Virus record (IMG/VR): IMGVR_UViG_3300025789_000024
Coordinates: 1-64,000 of that record
Origin: a virus
Strand: one strand, 5' to 3'
Length of the DNA: 64,000 bases
How positions within the stretch are numbered: the first letter of the stretch is position 1; every line of letters starts with the position of its first letter. The translations under genes were made by a program, and so were the position numbers. Shown piece after piece: positions 50,745 through 62,700 of the stretch. Below the pieces are notes generated by a model, which did no database searches, was not told the origin of the DNA, and worked only from the letters and a program-made list of their open reading frames with translations.

Positions 50745-53700
50745 ATGGCAAATACAAATAGAATTAGAACATTAAATTTCTTACCAGAAATTTTTCAGAC
50801 AACTAGCAACCAACAATTCTTATCTGCCACATTAGATCAACTAGTAAATCCTCCTAATCTGCAAAGAATTCAAGGCTATGTTGGTAGTAAGTTTGGTTAC
50901 GGGGTTAATCCAAACGACTACTACGTTACTGAACCTACAAAGACTAGAACTGATTATCAATTAGAGCCTGGTGTTGTCATCACAAAAACAAATGAATCAG
51001 TTGCTCAAGACTTCATCACATATCCTGGTATACTAGATGCATTGTCATTACAAAATGGCGTAACCAATAACAACAATCGTTTGTTTAATAGCGAGTTCTA
51101 TTCATGGGATAGTTTTACTAACTTAGACAAAGTAATTAACTTTAATCAATACTATTGGTTGCCATTTGGTCCGCCTTCAGTCACTGTTGCGGCACAAACA
51201 ATTTATTCTACCGAGCAATATGTTGTAACCTCATTAGACAATGGTTATAATATTCGTATAGCATCATCGGCAAGTGGTGAAATTAATCCAACACTAACAT
51301 TATTGCGCGGGGGCACATATACATTTCAAGTCAATCAAAGTACACAGTTTTGGATTCAAGGTCAACCTGGAGTAACTGGTTACAGCCCAACACAAACTAA
51401 TCTTTACACACGTAATGTTTATGGTGTAGAAAACAATGGTGCCGAACAAGGGTTTGTAACATTTACCGTGCCTGCTGCTGATGCACAAAATCAATATGTT
51501 TTCCCTAACAGCGGTGTAAGTCTAGATTTGGTTTGTACAACTCCTTTTGCAGACGTTAACGGTAAATTGTTATCAAGTCTTGGTTCGATTGATGGCGTGA
51601 CCTCATTGCAAGGGTTGCAAATCATGTTTTATAATACCGGTGTCACAAATGAAACTGGTTATGTACAAACATATTTTGACGAAAATTCATATGACACTAA
51701 TAACAATTCATTAGTTCAACCATTAACAGTTACCGTTAATCAAGTTGCTAGTAATGTGCTTACTCTTGCTTCTGGCTTAAATGCGCAGTTACAAGTAAAC
51801 AGCACAATTACTTTTGATAATCCTACATTTGGTGGTGTAACAGCAGGCACTGTATACTTTGTTAACAGCTTAGTTGGCACTACAGGATTTACTATTTCTG
51901 CTACATTGGGCGGCACAACTTTGTCATTGACCAATGGTACTGGATTAATGACTGCAAATATAAATCAAGGTTTGTTAGAAGAAGGATTCTACACACCGGT
52001 AGCAAATAATTTTTACACGATTGAGTATATTGGCGATCCTGCTAACCCAGTTATCAGATTAGTACCAAGTGGAGTTATCCCTACTAATCAAACTATTACG
52101 CCAAAGTTTGGCACACAGTATAACAACTTGCCTTTCTATCGTAACACCGTAGGTACTATTAGTGAAATACCTTATATTAGTGCACCATTAGACACATTGT
52201 ACTACCAAGATGGTACAAACTCTGATAGCGTAGGTGTTATTAAATTAATTGAAAGCAACCTATCAAATACACTAGATGTAGATACACAGATTTTAGGACA
52301 AAAGTCATTCACATCAACAAATGGTGTTGTGTTTACTAATGGATTAAAAGTATCTTTTAACGGTGACGTTATTCCAACAGGTTATTTGAATGGCGAATAT
52401 TATGTAGAGGGTGTTGGTACTGCAATTGAATTGGTATCGATAGACTCGTTAATTTGCCCTGAAAGTTTTACAGAAGCAATTTACAATCCATATGATTTTA
52501 CTAACTATGATGAAGGCAACTGGGATTTAACAGACTTTGTTCCTGTTCTTCCTGACTACATCACAATCGCTAGAAACAGTATTAGTAAAAATGCATGGTC
52601 ACGCAGTAATCGTTGGTTCCACATCGATGTAATTAATGCAACAGCATCTTACAACAATAACCCGGAAATCCCTTCAATATATGCAACTGCTAGTGCAAAA
52701 GCACAACGTCCTATTATTGAATTTTATCCAAACTTGCAATTGTTTAACTCAGGTACGATTGGTAAACAAGCGATTGACTTTTATGACACACGAACAACTG
52801 ATGCATTGACACAAGTTGTTGACCAACAAAATTACTACCCAGACATTGAAGTGTATAGTGCATATACTGCAACCATTGCGGGTGTAACAAATGCAACAAC
52901 TACTACGATTACAGTTCAAGCCAGTGATGTTACTGGCACATTACAACAATATCAATATATTACCGATTCTACTAACTTGTTACCACGTAACACGCAAATT
53001 TTAAGTATTACCGGTACAACTACACTAACACTTACTGTAGCATGGACAAACGCAACTTCATTTAATACAACCGCTGTAGCAAGTATTGTTGCAAGTGAAA
53101 CCACAGTAAACAATTATGCATTGTTTTCCGGGGCTAGAGTTATTTTCTCAGCGGATCCTGCAGTAAGTAATGTTGTTTTTGTTGCTAACTTGTCTACATT
53201 AACTACAGGTTCAACACCGGTTATTACATTGACTCCGGCAGAAGACAGTCCTTGTTTAACAAATGAACAAGTTGCAGTATTACGTGGATATTATAATCAC
53301 GGCACTACATATTATTATACTGGTGCAGGTTGGTTAGAAGCACAAGAAAAAACAAATGTAAACATGTCACCGTACTTTGATATCTTTGATAGCAATGGTA
53401 TTAGTTTAGGTGATACATCAGTATATCAGAGTACTACATTTAAGGGCACTACATTGTTCCAATATGGTATTGGAGCAGGCGCAATCGACTCAATATTGGG
53501 ATTCCCATTAGCATATAGTTCTATTGAAAATCAAGGTGATATTCAATTCGATGTTACATTTAACTCAGATACATTTAATTATGTGACTGGTGCTACTCCT
53601 ATAACTGAAAATGTTAATACTGGTTATGTGTATAATTACAACATCGACCAAACATATGTTCGTCAAATTGGTTGGCAAACAGCAGTAAGTCCTAGTGTAC

Positions 53701-56700
53701 AATATCAAGTATTTGATTTTTCTGTACCTGCATTAAGTGGTACAACAGCATTTAATTGTGACATTGCACCAATGAGTTCTAGTGAAACAAATTGGCCAAC
53801 CGTTCAAGTATATGTGAATAACACTTATATTAATTCTGCAAATTATACAGTAACAACCACTGCCACAACAACTACAATCACTATAAACTCTGCTTATATT
53901 CCTGTTACTGATTGTGTAGTTCAAATCTTAATATTAAGTGACCAAGTAAGCAGTACGGCTTATTATCAGACTCCTATTAATTTGAATAATAACCCATTGA
54001 ATACTGATATTACTGTTGCTAACGTCGGTGATATTCGTAATCAATATCAAAGTATTTTCTATAACAATCCATACACAACTGGTGATGTATTTGGTCCTAA
54101 TAATTACAGAGACTTAGGTGATGTAGTTCCATATGGCAATGCTATTATTCAAAATAGTGCTAGTTTAGTTATACCCGGCGCATTATTGCGTGTACCGAAT
54201 CATAATTTATTCAATGCATTGCTATATAATAGTAGAGAGTATGTCAACTATAAGCAATTAATTGTAAGTACAGTTTCAAACACTAGTTTTACTCAAACAT
54301 ATAATCCAGCGCAAATCTTAGATATTGCATTGGCACAAATTACACAGGCTAAAAGTTCAGACCAATCATTCTTTTGGTCAGATATGATTCCGTCTAATGC
54401 ACCATATAGAACTAATACATATACATTTAATAATGCATTAGACACATCAATTTATCCATTATCACAAGTTTATAATTTTGAAACTTCAAACTATAATGGT
54501 GTGTTAGTGTATCGCACTACCGCATTAAATGGTTATCAAACTGTAACAGAACAATTAGTTAAGGGCCAAGATTATGTTGTTAGTACAACTGCCCCTTCAC
54601 TAGAAGTTACTATTGCATTAAATGCAGGTGATACTATTACTATTAATGAGTATAATAAAACTTATGGTAGTTATGCTCCGAATACTCCAACTAAGTTGGG
54701 ACTATATCCTTCATTCATCCCTAGTGTTGTATTAGATAGTGATTATATCGTCCCTACATATTTCATCATGGGTCATGATGGTTCATATACTAAGTTATAC
54801 GGGGCATATACAGACGGAGTGTTGCAAGATTATCGTGACCAAGCATTATTGGAATTTGAAACACGTGTTTACAATAACTTGAAGTTAAGTAACACTATTC
54901 CAATTCAAGCATATGATTTGATTCCTGGTTATTTCAGACAGAGTTCACAACAATATTCTAATAGTGAATGGTTAGAAATGTATACTCCTAGTTTCCTTAA
55001 CTGGATTGGTCAAAATCGTTTGAATTATAAAACACAATATTATAATGCCAATGATGAGTTTACATACAACTATAAAAATAGTGCTAACAAATTAAATGGT
55101 ACTGTTATTGAACAAGGTTACTGGAGAGGTGTGTATCAATATTTCTATGATACAACAACGCCAAATGAAACACCTTGGGAAATGTTGTACTATCCAGATC
55201 AACCTAGCTGGTGGACGGAGCGTTATGGCCCTGCACCATACACAAGTGATAACTTAGTGTTGTGGGATGACATAGCAAATGGTGTTCGTTGGGACAACGG
55301 AGTTCCTGTAACAGTTCCTGAATTAGCACGTCCTAGTTTGCTAAACATATTACCTGTTGATAGTGCAGGTAATTTAGTGTCACCTTTTGTATCAATTGTT
55401 GGTAATTATAGTCCTGGTACATTCCAGAAAGATTGGGTTGTTGGTGATGACGGGCCAACAGAATTAAGTTATAGAAGAAGTAGCACATGGCCCTTTGACT
55501 TGATGAGACTTCAAGCATTGATGAAGCCTGCCGAGTTCTTTAACTTAGGTGTATGGGTAGACAATTACAAATACAATGCAGAGTTTAATCAATACTTAGT
55601 TAACAACAGAAGTCACTTAGTGCCTAACGAGATTCCTATATATGGTTCAGGAACACCTGTAACTAGTTACTTAAACTGGATTGTTGATTTTGAGAAACAA
55701 CAGGGCATTGATGCTACAACAAATCTAACAACATTGTTCAACAACTTAGATGTAAGATTAATTTATAGATTAGCCGGATTCAGCGATCAAAATCAACTAG
55801 CGTTCTATGTTGAAAAAGCAAGTCCAAACACAACAAGTTCTTCATTATTGATTCCAAATGAAAGTTATGGTATTTTGTTATACGATAATCAACCATTTGA
55901 TAGAATTCCATATAGTTCAGTAATCATTCAACAAAATGATGGTTACTATACAGTGTTTGGTAATGCACAACAGTTTGCATATTTCACAGTCTTGAATCCT
56001 GTGTACGATAATCAATACGAAATTGTTGACATCAATTCAATACAAGTTAAAATCGCAAAAAATTATAGTACTAAAGAAACTATTGTACCATATGGAACAG
56101 CTTTCTACAGCCAACAAGAATTAGCACAATTTTTGGTTAGCTATGGTAAATGGCTACAAAGTAAAGGCATGGTATTTGAAGACATTCAAAACGGTCTTGC
56201 AGTTACCTGGAACCAAATGGTTGCAGAGTTCTTGTATTGGGCACAAACAGGATGGGGTGCAGGCTCTGTTATTACATTGAACCCTGCTGCAACACTATTG
56301 ACTATCGATAAAGTTGATTGTGTTGTTCAACCATTAACTATCCAAGATCAAAACTTTGTATTGAATCAAAACTTATATCCAATTCAATTGAAGGATATGT
56401 GTATTGAACGTAACGATACACAGTTTACATTACATGCACTAAATCAAGGTGACACATTTAGTTATGCACAATTTGATTTAGGTAACTTTGAACATGGCAT
56501 TGTGTTTGATAACACTACCTTGTTTAATGATACAATCTATAATCTAGTAACCGGCTTACGTCAAAACAGAATTAATGTACGTGGTACAAAAACTGCTGAT
56601 TGGAATGGTACTGTAAATGCTTGGGGCTTTATCTTGAATCAAGATAACGTTCGTGAATGGAATAATACACTCAAGTATACCAAAGGTCAGATTGTTCTTT

Positions 56701-59700
56701 ACAAGAACAAGTATTGGGTTGCGCAACGTGTTATTGAACCAACTGCAACATTCAATCAACAAGATTGGAAAGAAACAAACTATAGTGCAGTTCAAACAGG
56801 ATTACTTCCTAACCCATCTACACGTTCATTTGAAAGCGCATTATACTACGACACTAATACTAGAAACCTATCACAAGATGCTAACTTATTAAGTTATAGT
56901 TTGATTGGTTACAGACCAAGAGACTATTTGGCAACAGCAGATTTAACAGACGTTACACAAATCAATGTTTATAAAAACATGATTAAGAGTAAAGGTACAA
57001 ATCTTGCTATCAATGCATTCAAGGGTGTAACACTACCTCAAGGTGGCATTGACTATACTGTTTATGAAAACTGGGCTATCAAACAAGGTGAGTTTGGTGG
57101 TGTAGCAAATAATAACTTTGTACAGTTCAAAGTGAACCAAGCAAATATGACTGGTGACCCATCAATCTTTAGTTTAACTAATGGTGTGTACACTCAAGGA
57201 TCAATGCAAGAAATTCCTATCTATAGTCTTTACAACTATGGACATAACATTACTGATCCAAATATCTTGTTAACAACGAATAGTGCAGAGCCTAACAGTA
57301 CAAACATCTATCCAGATGCAGGTTATGTAAACTTCAATGACGTTAAGATGTCAAGTTATTTCTACTCTGGTTTACCTAGAGCAACTAACATCGGTGGTCA
57401 AATTGTTCCTATTCAAAATTTCTATGTAAGAGATTATGTTTGGATGGCTAACTTCTTGAACACATGGAATGTTTACTCATTCAAACCAATTGGTCAAGTC
57501 GTACAAGTTAGAAACAACTTAAACAACACAGCAACAGTTGTTTTTGCAGCGCCCCATGGATTGAAAAAATTACAACCATTGGCAATTGTAAACTTTGCAA
57601 GTAATGTTGACGGCTATTACATTGTCACACAAGTTGTAGACTTGACTACAGTTATCATTAACTTGAATGTACAGGCTACAAATCAAAATACATTAACTGG
57701 TCAAGGTATTGGTTTAATCTTTGAAACACAACGTGCAGCCAAACCATCTGAAATTGGATTGTTAGACTTAACTGAAGCAGACTTTATTACAAATACAGTT
57801 TGGGTTGACGAAAATACAGACGGTAACTGGGCAGTATATCAAAAGACAATTAACTATGATTATCAACAGCAAGTAACTAAAGAAGGTGCAACTAACTTTG
57901 GTAGTGCAGTCGCATACTCACCACAAATGGGTTACTTAGTAAGTGATGCTAGTCAAGGTAATGTTTACAGATATGTATATGATGCTGTTGCCTCAACAGC
58001 AACAGGTTCACCTGTATACGACTTAAGTCAAACATTGTCAGGTGGTACAAGTTTTGGTACAACAATCATTCACAAAAACAACATTTTTGTTATTAGTGAA
58101 CCAACAAGTGGCACACCAAAAGTATACATTTATGCATTGAATAGTAGCACAGTCTCAACTGCAATACTAACATACCAAACAGCAATTAGTGCACCCGGTG
58201 GTGTAACTAACTGGGGTAGTTCATTAGCAATGTCAGGAGATAACAATTGGTTGTATATCTCTGACATTGCAAATAACAATGTGTATGTCTATCGTAGAGA
58301 ACAGATTCTATTGAATGCCGGTTACTTTGTAACTGGTCAAACATATACAATTGAAACTGTTGGTACAACAGACTTTACAGCAATTGGCGCAATTGCAAAT
58401 GCAGTTGGAATCACATTTGTTGCAACTGGCGCTGGTACTGGCACCGGCACTGCAATGCAAGTAACATATGCACAATCAACTGTTATCAGTGGCGCATCAA
58501 CTGCAGGATCAGTGTCAGGTGATAACTTTGGTAGTTCATTGGCAACTGATTATTATGGTCAAACATTGTTTGTCGGCGCCCCTGACGTAAATTACAGTTC
58601 AACAATTGAGAACTGGGGTAGTGTATATGCATATCAAAGAACAGTTCAAAATGTTGAAGCACAACAAACTAGTACAGTTGGACAAGTTCAATCATTTACA
58701 TTGGGTTGGACTCCAGCAGCAGGCGCAACAAGAACAGCAAGTGCAACTAATGGTAGCACAAACTACATTACATGTAATGCAGCCATGACTGGTTTTGCAG
58801 TAAATCAACCAGTTGTGTTTGGGGATATTTTGACTGCTACAGCGGCTGGTAGTTTTGTAATAGGCAAATCATATAAAATTACTACAGTCGGCACTACAGA
58901 CTTCACAGCGATTGGTGCAAGTTCTAACTCAGTGGGGGTTATTTTTACAGCAACTGGTGTAGGATCAGGAACCGGTACTGCAACTCAAACAACTAATCTT
59001 GCAAATAGCGGTATTAAACCAAATGTTGTTTACTATATTGCAAGTATCTCTGGCTCAACAATTTCTATTAAGACTTCACGATCATCAACAACACCTGTAC
59101 AACTAACTACTGCAAGTGGATTGTCATTTGGTGTGTATGTACAAGTTGACCCATTATATGTTACGGTCAATGGTACATTAGTACAAGACAACAACTATGG
59201 TGTAATTGGTAGTCAATTTGTTTACAGTGGTGCATTGCAAGCAGGTGACATTATTAACATCAGCGATAATCAATACACACTGGTACAAAACTTTAATTCG
59301 CAATTCAATGACAGAACCGGAACACATTACGGTTATGCAATGGACATGAACACGTTTGGTACAGAAACAATTATTGGTTCACCTTTTGAAATAAATGACA
59401 CCACTGGCGAAGAAGGTGCTGCATATAGATATACTAATGCAGGTGCTAAGTATGGTGTTGTAATTGGTACTAATGATTGTACATTGAATTCAGCAGGTGT
59501 GATATTTATTAATGGTTACTTAGTATTCTTAAGTGCAGGTAATGCAACAGGTATCGCTAACCAAATTAATGCAAGCAATGTTCCTAATGTGCAAGCAAGT
59601 GCGACAGCAAATAATACATTAATCATTCAATTGATTGATACTGCACTTGCACCAGTAAGTCAACAATTATTAATTTCAGTAGTTGACGAAACTGTGTTAA

Positions 59701-62700
59701 CACAATTGGGTATTGATGTATTTGTAAACACGCAAGTATTAGTATCTCCTTATGTTAACGGTCCTACTGAGTTTGGTACAGCAATTAAGTTCAACGAATC
59801 AGATAGCGTTGTAATTTCTGCCCCAGTTGGTACACGTTATGAGTTCACATCATTTGACTTTACAGACAATGGTACACCTGACTTAGATACTATTTTCGAT
59901 AACAATGCAACACGTTTTGTTGAAAGTTATCCAAACGCAGGTGCAGTATACATGTATGACTATCTTGGAAATTACAACGAAAACGTTGGTAATTCAGGAC
60001 AGTTTGTATTTGCACAATCAACAAACTCACAAAACACAAGTTATGGATTCAATCCATTATATGGTGCAAGTCTAGACTTTAACAACAATACAGTTATTGT
60101 TGGTTCACCTGACTTCTTGCCAGGAGTAGCAGACGGTCAAGTTGTTATCTATACAAATGCAACCGGTATGCAAGATTGGGGTATCTATAGACAAAGTGCA
60201 CCTGTTGTGGATATCAACAGTATCAGCAATACGCAATTGTTTAGTGCTACAACAAACAACACACTAGTTAACTTAGATTACATCGATCCATTACAAGGTA
60301 AGATTCTTGGTGCAGTTAGAGAAAATCTAGACTTTGTAACAAACACAGATCCTGCAAGATACAATAGCAATCTAGCAAGTCAAACAGGTTATGTTTGGGG
60401 TGCAAATGAAGTTGGTAAAACATGGTTCAACACTAACAACGTTCGTTTTGTTAACTATCACCAAAATGACGTGGTGTACAATAGCAAATACTGGGGCTCC
60501 GTATTCCCAGGAAGCGATGTTGCAGTTTACACATGGGTAGCAAGTAACGTGCCACCTAACAACTATCAAGGTCCTGGAACTCCATTAGATGTTACACTAT
60601 ATGCTATTAGTAGCACAATCAATGCAAGTAGTGTTGTTGTACCTATCTATTATTTCTGGGTACGCAATAGTAATTTGATTTTCAGCGAAACAGGTAAAAC
60701 ATTAAGTGATACTATTCTTGCTCAATATATTGCGAATCCACGTGGGTCAGGTATCAGTTTCATGGCACCTTTGCTACCTAATACATTTGCAATTTACAAT
60801 GGTTTGAGTTATTTTAACGGTACTGACACCGTGTTTAATATCGCATACAGCACAAATTCAGATTCTGGAAGTGATATCTATCACCAGCAGTTTGCTATTA
60901 TCAAAGAAAACTCTGCTAGTGACTTCTTGCCTGGCTTCCCACAATATGCTTATGTAAGTAGTACATTAAGTGATCCTAGTGGATTGTATCTACGTTTTGT
61001 AAACAGTTTGGCTGGTTGTGATGATGCAGGTGGTGTAGTTCCTGATCCATATTTACCATTACGAGTTCAATCAGGTGTTCAAGTAAGACCAAGACAAAGT
61101 TTCTTCCTTGACAGATTCTTAGCACTTAAAAACTATTTGACATTTGCTAATGAAGTGTTAGTACAATATCCAATCGTTGAACTAAGAGAAAATTTAGACT
61201 TCTTGTACACAGTAGGAGATATTAATCCTGGTACAGGCTTACCATACTACGACACAACTAACTATTGGACGTTTGTCAACTGGTGGGCTCCTGGATACAG
61301 CGACAATACACGTTCAGTATTGCAAGTCCCTTTGTATGCAGATTTGGCAGCATTGAATGTAAGTTCAGGCACAATTGTAACTGTTGAACAAAACGGTGTA
61401 GGCAAATTTGAAGTATACACAACTGATGGATTGGGTACTTGGACACGTATTGGTTTGCAACAAGGTACTATTCAATTTAGCAGCGCATTGTGGGATTACT
61501 CAAGTGCAGGTTTAGGTTTTGGTGGCAACTTCTTTGACACTAATGTATTTGATTTATACCCAAGTGAAGAAACACGTTACATTATTCGTGCACTAAATGA
61601 ACAAATTTATATCAATGATTTGTTAATTTATAGAAACAAGAGTTTGATATTGATGTTTGAATACATTCAAAGCGAAACAACATCATCACAAAATTTCTTG
61701 CCTTGGTTAAACAAAACATCATTGGTCGATGTGTCACATAAGATTCGTGAATTGTTACCACTTGAAGTATATCAAGGTGATAACGAAGTATTTTTAGAAG
61801 GATACTTGAATGAAGTAAAACCATATCACGTAACTATCAAACAGTTTAGTTTCAACTATACAGGAACTGATGTATTCCAAGGTGATATCACAGACTTTGA
61901 TGTTCCTTCACAATGGAACAACATATACCAAGAATTCATTAGTCCAGAATTAGTATATACATTGCCTAACAATGAATATGAATATCTGCCTACTGATCCT
62001 ATCTGGCAAACTGCACCTTACAGTCAATGGTATCAAAACTATGGTGTGTCATTGACAGGTCAAGATAACTACAACATTACAACTTTAGTATCATATCTAA
62101 CTCCAAGTTCTAGAAGTATTATTGTTGATAATGCAAATGGCTTCCCAATCAATGGTACTATTACTATTGACGGAGAACAAATTGGTTACTCTTATGTAGA
62201 CCGTGCTAAAAATCAACTAAGTGGATTGGTGCGTGGATACAACAGTACTACAATCACTAATCACATACCTGGCGCTAAGATTTACATCGATTTGCCTGCT
62301 GTGTTATTATTAAGCGGTGGTGCTGGATATACTAACCCACCTAGAGTAACTGCATACATTGATGAAACTCAATACCCTGCTCCAAGAACACCTGCTGTGT
62401 TAGAAGCAGTAATGAATTTGGATTCTGTATTGTCAATTAATGTTATCAATCCTGGTTCAGGTTACGCTGTGTTACCTACTATCGTGATTGACCCATCTGC
62501 AACTATTTACTTTGCAGATACACAAGTCAATTCAGTATTGCACACAATTACTGTATATGCCCCTGAATTGGTAACAGGTCTTGAAGTGCAATATTTTGAT
62601 GACACCGCAACAGGTAATGGAATTGGTGAGTTGTCAAATGGACAATGGTACTATATCAATGTATTAGAAGACAATCCTACTGCGGTTGTAGCATTATACA

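Noticed and set aside
51300-61824. Short ORFs listed within the right-hand 13 kb
   Set aside because: They are nested in or antisense to the single giant ORF starting at 50745.
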